A DNA stretch of 63,165 nucleotides from contig NC_068986.1 in the NCBI RefSeq assembly GCF_001194135.2, positions 83,015,518 to 83,078,682 of the forward strand, given 5' to 3'. Made by a program: the position numbers and the translations under genes. A model generated the notes under the pieces. The model ran no database searches and had not been told where the DNA came from. It was given only the letters and a program-made list of their open reading frames with translations. Each line of letters begins with the position of its first letter. Position 1 is the first letter of the stretch. This document shows, in pieces, positions 13,095-23,429 of this stretch. This DNA comes from Octopus bimaculoides (Eukaryota).

Positions 13095-14195
13095 CAGAAA
13101 AGATCCCTCTTCTCATAGTGAAGGGTAGATTATCTGATTCTTATATGCTAAATCTGGTGCTGCAGAGTAGTGAGACTTGGGCCTTAAATGCAGAGGATTT
13201 GCAAATGCTAGAAAGAAATGTGAGCATGTTTCAATGAAGGTATAATGTCAGCATATCTGAATGATATAGTACAAATGACTTAAGAAACAAGGAATCAGAT
13301 ATAGTTTGCAAGAGACAACACTGTTGGTATGGGCATATGATGTGTAAAGAGGATGATAGCTGCAGAAAATCACTGAGCATGCAAATTGGATAGTGCCTAT
13401 GTAAATGTAAGACCATGAGAAATGGAACAGAGTAGCAGAAACTAATATTAAGATGCTGAGTTTCACGAAAGGGACCACAATTGGTAATATGCTGTACTGG
13501 AGAAAACCAGGCAATCATAGCAGAGAGAATACAAATAAGAAGGGTGTTGGTGGCTGGGATACTCTTGCTGTATTCACTCACTGCCTTCCTTTCTCTTACT
13601 ATCCTCTTCCCACAGCCTGTTTTACCTGGGTTGCTTTCACTGTATATGTCATCTGCTATTCACACTCAACTTCTACCTCTCTCTCACTCCTCTTATTACA
13701 TTCACTCACAGCTCCACCTCTTTGTCCCTATTTCTCTCACCATAGCTTCTCTGCCACCACAACATTCATTTCTCACTCTTTAGCCCACCATCATAAGCTT
13801 ATGCCTCTTTCTTTCAGTGTTCGTCTTCTCACAACCTCCTCAGATTCTCATCTTTCTTCCTCTCATGCCCCATTCTTCTCACATATTCACCCTTAAATGT
13901 GGGATAGCACTAGACCCCTCCACAACCCAGTTTATCATCCTTTTCTTTCTCACTAATCCCTGACACTACTCTTTCTCTTTTCCTTTTCCCTTCCCAACAG
14001 TGTCCACTTTTAATTTCTTCACTATCAACCTCTCGCAACAATAAATCTGTTTCTCTCACCATACTCAGCCTTCCTTTGTCACCTCTTTTAAAGTCATCCC
14101 TTTCTCCTGTTACCTTTTTTAGCCAAGGGACTTTTTTAGTTTTGCTACTTACAGAGTGACCACACTAATCTTGGTGTTATAAGAAAAGCATCTTA
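13095..14195 (+). mobile_element. RTE LINE 3' fragment with pyrimidine-rich 3' UTR
   Basis: SETWALNAEDLQMLERN-like remnant at about 13170-13230, followed by a pyrimidine tract like the RTE copies at 1-1090 and 43560. Confidence 0.65.
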
Positions 14196-14199
14196 TACA

Positions 14200-14560
14200 C
14201 TTTATATAGTGAATGATAAATTCCATTGTCTATGAAGCACAGGTTTCAGTGGATTATGGCAACAGTTGGACAGAAATTGCAGTAGTGGAAGGAAAATTTA
14301 AATCCAGCTATAACAATCATCTTTTGAGTTTTAGGCACCATGATAAAAAATGTTCAATGACACTTTTGGCTTTAATCTGGAGGTTTAAAGACGAAGGAAC
14401 CAACTACAACATCAACTGGAAGACCATCTCCAAAGCCAGACCCTATATTAACAGGTCAAAAAGATATTCAGTATTATATCTTGAGAACCTCACATGATTA
14501 CATAAATTCCAGGAATGAGATTTTTTCTGTATATCCACATTTTAAGGAATACATTTTGAC
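14200..14560 (+). mobile_element. Penelope-like element, GIY-YIG endonuclease 3' remnant
   Basis: EGKFKSSYNNHLLSFRH...LIWRFKD...INWKTISKARPY matches the Penelope GIY-YIG C-terminus (FK.RYNNH..SF, WKLK, A.PY). Confidence 0.75.
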
Positions 14561-15357
14561 AGAATTTAAAAAGAGGCCACTAGACACATAGTTTAACCAT
14601 TAACATCTTGTTTATGTCTTTTGACATTGCTTATTGTAACACTGATTATTTCCCTCCTGTTTTTCTTTTTGTCTTCTTCCTTACCAGCATTCCTTGTTTA
14701 AACATTATCTGTTTAGAAAAGCAACTGACAAACGGTTTTGTTTTTAGCTTGACAAATAGCAAAATAAATTTATGTTTCAACCAGGAAATCCTGTGTAGCT
14801 GTATTTAACAAAAATTGTGGCTTTTATTATAACATTACATATATACACAGATAGATATATAATCCAAATAAGAAGACAAAGAAAGAGTTTATCACATCTT
14901 TAATGATCAGTTATAGTTGTTTCGGTACCACTCTGTTTTTAACACCATTGCATGCAAAAGTTCCAAGTGAAAAGTTATGAAATATTTGGGGCTTTAAATA
15001 ATGGAGTGGCATTTCATAAGACTTGAATCAAAAAGTGTGCTCTTACATTGTGCGTCTGTCAAGCACTGTATTTTAATTATATCTGGAGGAAACAAGAAGT
15101 TTAAAATAAAAACAAAAATAAAAATGGTGAAATAGCAGACAGGCCTTAGACAATAGTAATACCAAAACAGATAAAGATAAGTTAGAAGAAAAAGAAGACA
15201 TAAATGGTGAGGTAGGCTAATAAAAAAAAAAAATTGTCAGCAACCAAAATAATAATGATCAAGTGAGTATAACAATAAAGAAAGCATATCTCAAAAAAGA
15301 GAATGAGAAAGTGATAATGCTGTAGAAATATAAACATCTAATATTAATAATAATAAT

Positions 15358-15571
15358 CCTTTCTATTGTAGGCACAAGGCCTGAAATTTTGGAGAAGAGA
15401 TTTTAAGTTGATTACATTGACTCCAGTGCATAACTGGTACTTATTTTATCGACCCCGAAAGGATGAAAGGCAAAGTTGACCTCAGCAGAATTTGAACTCA
15501 GAATATAGTAACAGACAAAATACCGCTAAGTATTTCACCTAGTGTGCTAATGATTCTGCCAGCTCCCTACC
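15358..15571 (-). mobile_element. tRNA-derived SINE (family with the gtcgactttgcctttcatcctttcggggtcgataaa core; MetaSINE-like)
   Basis: Reverse-complement match to the copy at 49874-50086. The superfamily name is from memory and tentative. Confidence 0.8.
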
Positions 15572-15608
<37 letters not shown>

Positions 15609-17304
15609 CAACAACAGTAAGAATAGGTAGGACATGAACAACATTAATGATAATGAAGACAAACTGAAGACAGAGGTTGTATTAATAATAGTGATGATGA
15701 TAGTGATGGGCCAAGAATGATGCAGATAAGAAATGGATAGCCACTGACTAAAAAAAACCTATGATGGTGTTGGTGGATGAAATAGGTAAAGAAAGCAGAC
15801 ACATGCAATAAAACACAAAATTGGGTGAAATGGGAGAGGTAGTACTGAGGGAAACCAATTGCTGGTAACTTTTCATTCTGAGATGCTAAGACATAAAGGA
15901 TTTAGAGTTGATAGGGGCAGGTGAGCTTATGAAAAACAGAAAAGTAAATAACTAAATAAATGGGAGAAAATGAAGTAGGTATTTTAAAAAAATATATATA
16001 TATCTATTTAAAATGCTAATGTTAAAAGCTGAAAGAACACAGAATTGAGAATGAAAATAAAATAAAATTAGAATAGATTTAAGACAAAATAGTATAGAGA
16101 CAAAGAGAGAAACAAATAAAACTAAACAATGAATATTAATGTGACAGGAATAAATGCTTAATAGCAAGCTAGTTATTTACAGGGGTGGATATTAAAAGTC
16201 ACTGCATTGAAAAGGTGGAGAAATGGTAGATAGCCTTGAGGCCTAGTTGAGTGTTGCATTGGAAATAACCTGTCAATCTAGCCTTCCAGCACTTTAATGA
16301 ATGAATGTATATATGCATTCATGTACACACACAAATACACATATATAAATATATGTATACATACACATATATTATATACATATATCATGAGTTGGTGTGC
16401 AAAACAATGATGGGAATAAACAAATTGAAGACCAGTTGAAATATGTTTGAGAAATATTTAAACTTATAAAGGGTTTACACTGAAGTTTGTTGTAGAGAAA
16501 AAATTCTCACTTGAGACAAAAAAGGTGTTAGAGCATGGTGGTCAACTTAGAATACCCTCTATTGGACTGATAGGTGCATTTTCAAATTGTTAGTTCACTT
16601 TCAAAAATTCATTCATGCACAACAGAAGCAGTATTAGTTTAAAATAACAATATGTATACTGTTAAATGCAGATACATCACAGAAAGCCAAACTAACTGCA
16701 GTATTCATCCTCAGATAAAATTTCTTCTAGACATACAGTGTTAGATAACACAAAAATATTTAAGTAGCAAAGTGACAGAAATGCATATTTAGCAATACCA
16801 CCACCACCACTGTTGGACAATTTTCATCCACTATTAATATAATTTTGTGTTATATAATACTGCGCATCTGTAGGAGATATTATCTCAGGATGAATACTGC
16901 AGTTAATTTGGCTTCCCATGATGTATCTGCATTTAGTATGATATACAGATTGCTACTTTAAACACATTCTGCTTCTGTTGCACATGACAAACTTTTATTC
17001 AGCTCTCCAGCTACTTGCAATATCAGTGATTTTTTAACCACTATTTTTCTATGTCAGTGACAATGGATTTTGCTTTAGCATGTGGCTGCCAGTGGGTATT
17101 TGCTACTAATAAAGCCCCAAAAGGCAGAAATGTGCATCTAGCAATACCATCACTGATGCTGGATGATTTTCGTCTGCTACTGATATATTTGTGTTTTTTA
17201 ACACTATGTCTATAAGAAATATTATCTCAGGATGAATACAGCAGTTGATTTGGCTTTCTGTGAGGTATCTGCATTTAGTATGATACACAGTCTGATGTAT
17301 GTAA

Positions 17305-17341
<37 letters not shown>

Positions 17342-17419
17342 AAAGTACATACAAACAAAAGTATATACATACATATGCAAAAGTATATGCATACATGCAC
17401 AAAAGTATATACATACACA

Positions 17420-17950
17420 CAGAGTCCTCACTTAAGGTCATTGTGCTATAACATTGATGGGAAATCTATAAAACCAAAGTAAAAATTCACAACACATATG
17501 CCTATCAAACTGAATTTGTTTGCTTTACTTCTTCTTTCCATTTTTTCTTCCTTTGCAACCAGTTGTTTTCAATTCAGTAATATACATAAATAAGTCAATA
17601 AACAGATAATGATGGATAACAATGCATGATATTAATTTTTTTTTATTTCACGGCTTTCTTTTAAGACACAATCTTTCTACATTTATTATGTATTTAACAG
17701 AGATACAACTCTTTTAAGGCATGACAATACTTAAAATATAAAAGGGTGGAGTTCCTTGAATCTCATGGCCAAAAAATATCTAATGAGGACCTCATAGAAA
17801 GTAGAACAGTACTGTGAGTGAAAATGCAAGACCACCAGGTATTTTAACTACTAAAAGATTTGTCAGAGAGTATCCTTATTTTAGATAAAGCTATGGCAAT
17901 TTTCACCAAAAAAGATCTTCAAAGAGAAAAAGTTAAGAACAAACAGGTTA
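17420..17950 (+). mobile_element. Tigger/pogo-like remnant
   Basis: cagagtcctcacttaag TIR-like start and an EFLESHGQKISNEDLIE-like remnant at about 17748-17800. Confidence 0.4.
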
Positions 17951-18364
17951 ATAATGAGCGACTTCAACTTCTAAAAAAAATTATACAATCCACGGTGGTG
18001 CATCAGCATGGCCGCAGCTCTGAGCTGAAACTTTGAAATGAAATGAAATGAAATCATAAGAAAAATAATGCAAGATAACAGACTTTGTCCAAGTTCTTTA
18101 AAGAAACAACCGTCTTATTGATTTGTATTAATATTTAAGTGTTTGTTTACAATTTTGTTGATCTTTTTGTGACTAGGAATGTAACTCTCTTTATATCAAT
18201 GAACATTGGTTAAATTGGTTTTGCTTTATGTTATTTCACTTAAATTTGCTCTTCTCAAGCACCTATCAATGACATTAAATGAGGACTGTGTGTGTGTGTG
18301 TGTGTATATAATTTCTTCTACCATAGTAGGCATAAGGCTCGCTGCTTTTATAACAATAATAATC

Positions 18365-18575
18365 ATTTCTACTATAAGGACAAGGCCTGAAATTTGGTGG
18401 GAGGGGCTAGTTGATAACATTGACTCCAGTGCTTGACTGGTACTTATTTTATCGATCCCGAAAGGATGAAAGGCAAAGTTGACCTCAGTAGAATTTGAAC
18501 TTAGAACGTAAAGACGGATGAAATGCTGTTAAGCAGTTTGCCTGGCATGCTAACAATTCTGCCACCTTGCTGCCT
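18365..18575 (-). mobile_element. tRNA-derived SINE, same family as 15358
   Basis: Core ggtacttattttatcgatcccgaaaggatgaaaggcaaagttgacctc. Confidence 0.8.
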
Positions 18576-19709
18576 TAATAATAATAATTCTGGGCCTTGT
18601 GCCTAGAGTAGAAAAGATTGTATAATAATAATAATAATTCTGTTTTGCCATAGCAGGATCAACAAGTTGTTTAAACTCAATATGCATGTAGGTGTCCCAA
18701 TGCCACCAATACCCTTGTTAACATTGCCATGCCCAGCCATCCATGTCTGAATTACTTATTTTCTTAGTTTCTGGTGCCTGACAACCAACTTATCACAGGA
18801 AAGGTATCCAGCATTAGAAAATCTGCCTCATCCAAAGTCATGCAAGCATGGAAAAATAGACATTCAAATAATGATGATACACGCACACACACACACACAC
18901 AATTTCTACATACAATGGGTTTCTGTACAGTTTCTGTCTACTACATTCTGTTCACATATTTATAAGGCATTGGTAAACCTGAGGAAGCTATAGCAGAAGA
19001 GAATTGCCCAAGATGTTCTGCATGCAGTGGAAATGCACCCAAACTCAGAAAGTTTTGCAAAGCAAACTTATGAACCACATAGTCATGCTTGAACCTATGT
19101 ATATTAAATACTTATTATTAAACCCCTGAAAATGTGTTGTATAGGCACAAGGGAGTCTGTGTGATGAAGAGGTTTGTTTCCCAACCACATGGTTTTGGGT
19201 TCACTCCCACTGTGTTACACTTTGGGTGTGTGCCTTCTACTAAAGCCCAGGACCAATCAAAGCATTGTAACTGGATTTAGGAGATGGAAGGAAACAACTG
19301 AAAAGAAGCGTAGTATACACACACACACACAAGATCAATGAATATGAATAGAAATATTGTGCAAATTATGTTATGTACATTTCCATAGAATGGTTATTTA
19401 TTTGCATATTAATGTATTACTTTGTGAAACCACATAACCAGACATTTTCATCACATATCTTTGTATAAATGACAGGTGTGTGTGATATTTATTCACTTAT
19501 TATATTTTACCCTGCAGTAAATGTGCAGCATATTGTTATTAAATACAATGGATTTACAGTGTGCTTAAGAATCATAAATTAACTAGTTAAGTTTTCAGTT
19601 TGTTTTATTGACTGGCTGATAGACAGAGAGTATCATTGGTATTCTTCCAAAGTAACCTGTGAGCAGGAGTGCTAAGTTAATTGCCTGGATCTTATAGATC
19701 CCAACTACT

Positions 19710-19758
<49 letters not shown>

Positions 19759-20017
19759 GTGTGTATGTGTGTGTGTATTTTTGTCTTCTTGACAGTGCAC
19801 AATTGTTGTAAATGAATGTCATTTGTTTCCAATGTTCTGCAAAATCAGGTATGGCCATGGGGAAATATTACCTTGCTTAGAAACAAGTAAGGGTTGGTAA
19901 CAGGAAGGGCATCTGGCCATAGAAAATCCACCTTAATAACCTCAATCCAAGCCATGCAACCATGGAAATGTGGACATTAAAATGATGATGAAGAAATGAT
20001 AATGATTATTTAGTAAT

Positions 20018-22636
20018 TTAGTATATAAACTTAGACCCAAAGATGTCTAAGTGGCCAAAAGCATTTGTCCCTCCACTGTTCCCACTGCCATCATAGTCAA
20101 AGTCATCTTTTTTCTTTTTTGTGCTGTCTTCATCTTTGACCTGTGATAATTTTTCCTTGAAATACCTTTCATTGTCTTTTGAAATTTCATTTTGAAATCT
20201 TTCTGGAATTACAGATTTTTCAAGCAGTTCTTCTAGATTACAGCATAACTCACCTGAATCTAATAGCTCTTTTGTTACACGTCTATATATAAAAAAGTAA
20301 GGAGTGTCACTTTTTGATGATTTAAGTGTATCTGAAAAATTATACTTTGTTTCTGTTACAGATTCATCATTAAAAATATACCAGTTGTCTTTTAGTAAAT
20401 TACTCAAGTTTGTATAATGTTCATTAATTAAACACGAATGTCGGGATAGCAATATACAATGTCCGGAATCACTGTTATAACCAGAATGAATAACAACAGA
20501 ACACAGTACATAATTAATATCTTCCTCGACAACCAAACTCTCATCATTTGTAGTGAAACATTTTAAACATAATTCTTTTGGATAATTGACATAAGCCATA
20601 ATTTTAGACCGCTTTTTATTCTTTTTATTATAAGAAAATCTTGATAAAGTTAGATTTAAATATTCTGGAGCGTCTATGAGGAAAACTTGTCGAATTCCAT
20701 CACGATAATCATTACAGTTTGGACACTTAAATTGATTACTAACCTTCAATTCTTCCACTGTGAAGTAATTCTGTATTAAGTCTCGAATATCGAGTTTATC
20801 ATTTATATTTTTCTCTTCCTTCACCTCCTCCTCCTCATCATCATCATATGGTAATGCTAGGAGCAAAAACGAAAATCTTTCTTCGTATTTTGTTTCAGTT
20901 TGACATTTTAGACACCTTGTAGAGTTTCTGAGCTTACCAAAAAATTTTCTATCAATTAGCGTTCTTGATTTACTATCTACTATTTCGCATTTAGTTATCT
21001 CTCCCTTATTTTTATCACTCAAATCTGACTCTGTTTTCATGCTGTTTTTCTTTTCTTCCTCATCAAAAGCATTCAGAAGATGTGACAAAAACTCTGCACA
21101 GTCTTGCTGCTCATATTTTGCAAACCATGAAGGATTAGCGTTGCAATAGAATTCTGATGGGTAAAAAGAAGGCCGTTGGCTTGATAGTAGATAGGAGAAA
21201 ACTTCTTGTAGTTTGCTGATGATTCCACCAGGGGGCACTGGCATGCCTAATACCTCTTGTCTAAAATTATCCAACATAAAGAGCACCTGAATAGCTGAAT
21301 TCATATAACACGAGTTTTTCACATTGCACAATCCAGTTTTGCGTGTTAGAGTCTTCTTAATTTCAAGAGGAGGAACAGTAAAATTTTTGCAATTACTAGT
21401 ATTACATAATGCTGCAAGAGGTTTTACTTTATTTAATTGCAGTTCTTTGATTGAGAAACAAGTCTGTCTATATTTTATAAATGGTTCTTTAGAATGCCAA
21501 TATATTTCCAACTCCATATTGGCCAATAAGATTTCAATGCATGCTAAACCTGTGCTGCTTTTTTCCTCTGCTAATATTGGAATGATGTCAACCAACGACA
21601 TTATCATGTGAGAGGTACTATCAGGACTCATCTGTATCTTTGTATATATATGTACCAAGATCTTAGCTGCAGATTCTCTAGAAGCAATCGGTTTCAGCAT
21701 GTTGACTATGAAAACAATAGTCTCCTGAGCAATTTCTTTTAAAACTTCATCAAATCCTGCTGCTGCTAATTTTTCAAATATCCCAATTATCCATATATGT
21801 ACTCGTTGAGAAAATGGCCAATCCAGCCAATGTAAAATTTGATAAATTGTGTTGGAGATTCTAGGTTTATTAATTACATCAATATTAATTAAATCAATAA
21901 TTTCTTCTACTGATTTAACTGGTATTTGACTCAACGTTCCAAGACAGACAGAAGGACTGTTAAATGGCTGCGAAATTAAGGAAAACAGATAATGAACTGA
22001 ATTTTTCTTTGTGTCATCATTAGAATTATTAGGGTTACAATTTTCCCATAATTGAAATAAAATTTGTCCAGCTGTATTTATTGTTTTAACTTCTCGTAAA
22101 AAATTAACTCCTTGTTTTGGTGTTCTAGTAACATATAAAATATCAATAATCACACAACAGAAATCATATCGTTGATAAACAGGAACACATTTAGGCTGTT
22201 TTATCAATAAAGAAAAGATTATAGCTAAACACTGTAAATTACTGTTCTGTTTTAAAAATATTGTGATTAACTGCTGGAAATATTTCACTAATGATGCATA
22301 GCATTCAGTACCTTTTAAAATTTGTAATGATTTTTCGATGATAACAATGGCTGCTGTTGGATTTTGGTGTGAATTAATTAAGATATCATTCATTAAAACT
22401 TTGTTGAAGTATTTTTGAAATATCTCTTCATTGTTTCTTGCCCAATTTTCGTAAAGTCGAACACCAGATGTACATTGGAATGCAGTTTCTCCATCTAATG
22501 ACCATTTTACTGCAAGATTTAAAACTGGGACTGTGTCTTGTGCTGTTTTTGGTGATTTTAATATTTTTTGTAGAATTTTTTCTTTAAGGATATCTGGGTG
22601 ATTAGAAACAAACAGTCCTTGAAGAATTTGATCCAT
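20018..22636 (-). CDS. Ubiquitin carboxyl-terminal hydrolase of the USP35/USP38 family, 872 aa, CDS without introns
   Basis: Cys box GLCNVKNSCYMNS, QQDCAEFL, zinc-finger subdomain CLKC...CPNC, His box VVIHSGYNSDSGH and WYIFNDESV. It has a long helical N-terminal region and a Gly-rich C-terminal tail like USP35/38. USP35 versus USP38 cannot be resolved by eye. Confidence 0.92.
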   Translation of the reverse strand: MDQILQGLFVSNHPDILKEKILQKILKSPKTAQDTVPVLNLAVKWSLDGETAFQCTSGVRLYENWARNNEEIFQKYFNKVLMNDILINSHQNPTAAIVIIEKSLQILKGTECYASLVKYFQQLITIFLKQNSNLQCLAIIFSLLIKQPKCVPVYQRYDFCCVIIDILYVTRTPKQGVNFLREVKTINTAGQILFQLWENCNPNNSNDDTKKNSVHYLFSLISQPFNSPSVCLGTLSQIPVKSVEEIIDLINIDVINKPRISNTIYQILHWLDWPFSQRVHIWIIGIFEKLAAAGFDEVLKEIAQETIVFIVNMLKPIASRESAAKILVHIYTKIQMSPDSTSHMIMSLVDIIPILAEEKSSTGLACIEILLANMELEIYWHSKEPFIKYRQTCFSIKELQLNKVKPLAALCNTSNCKNFTVPPLEIKKTLTRKTGLCNVKNSCYMNSAIQVLFMLDNFRQEVLGMPVPPGGIISKLQEVFSYLLSSQRPSFYPSEFYCNANPSWFAKYEQQDCAEFLSHLLNAFDEEEKKNSMKTESDLSDKNKGEITKCEIVDSKSRTLIDRKFFGKLRNSTRCLKCQTETKYEERFSFLLLALPYDDDEEEEVKEEKNINDKLDIRDLIQNYFTVEELKVSNQFKCPNCNDYRDGIRQVFLIDAPEYLNLTLSRFSYNKKNKKRSKIMAYVNYPKELCLKCFTTNDESLVVEEDINYVLCSVVIHSGYNSDSGHCILLSRHSCLINEHYTNLSNLLKDNWYIFNDESVTETKYNFSDTLKSSKSDTPYFFIYRRVTKELLDSGELCCNLEELLEKSVIPERFQNEISKDNERYFKEKLSQVKDEDSTKKKKDDFDYDGSGNSGGTNAFGHLDIFGSKFIY

Positions 22637-22752
22637 GTTTTCGGTCAGAAAAATTTTATTCAGTAAACTTGGTAAATATCATCCATGAGATATTTTTATG
22701 TAACTGGAAAGCTGTTTCTCCATCTAATAATCATTTTACTCCAAGATATTGT

Positions 22753-22825
22753 TTTCAATATTATCTTATATTCTGAAATAGAGAAAAAGTATACAATGTA
22801 GAGGATATTTAAAAGTAGAAATGCA
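22753..22825 (-). promoter_or_regulatory. Candidate splice acceptor of the USP coding exon (exon starts at 22772), ZNF-type
   Basis: TTTTTCTCTATTTCAG|AATATA, lying 136 nt upstream of the USP ATG. Confidence 0.65.
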
Positions 22826-22934
22826 ACAATGGAAATTTTACTATATATCTATATTAATAACTTTTAGACACAGAAATTTATCTAAGTGACTGAAATTTAT
22901 TTTGTAATTTGTTATTAATATTATAACATAACAA

Positions 22935-23350
22935 TGGTGGCAAACTGGCCAAATCATAAGCATGCCAGTTAAAATGCATAGTGGCATTTTATCCGTCTTT
23001 GTGTTCTGAGTTCAAATTCTGCCAAGCTTGCCTTTCATCCTTTCAGGGTCAATAAAATGAGTACCAGTTGGGTACAGAAATCAATGTAATTGACTACCCA
23101 CAACCCCAAATTTCAGGCCTTTTGCCTATAGTAGAAAGGAATATTATAACCTAGGCAGCTAGCTGGCAGAATTGTTACTGCGCTGGGTAAAATGCTAAGT
23201 GGCATTTCATCCATTTTTACATTCTGAGTTCAAATTCTGCTGAGGTCAACTTTGCCTTTCGAAGTCAATAAAATAAGTAGTAGTTGAGCACTCGGCTCAA
23301 TGTAATCAACTTACCCACTTACCCAAAATTGCTGACCTTGTGCCAAAATT
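22935..23350 (+). mobile_element. Two tandem SINE copies, same family as 49874
   Basis: Repeated gttctgagttcaaattctgc...gcctttc cores at about 23003 and 23221. Confidence 0.75.
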
Positions 23351-23429
23351 TAGATATCAATATTATATCATAACACTTAACGTGGATCAAATCGAGGGAC
23401 TGGTTATCCACATCAACAGTAGCTTAGTA

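Noticed and set aside
17106-17441. ORFs with YIYI/CVCV runs (also 19595-19858, 24618-24965 and 62344-62723)
   Set aside because: Open only because (TA)n and (TG)n lack stops in some frames.
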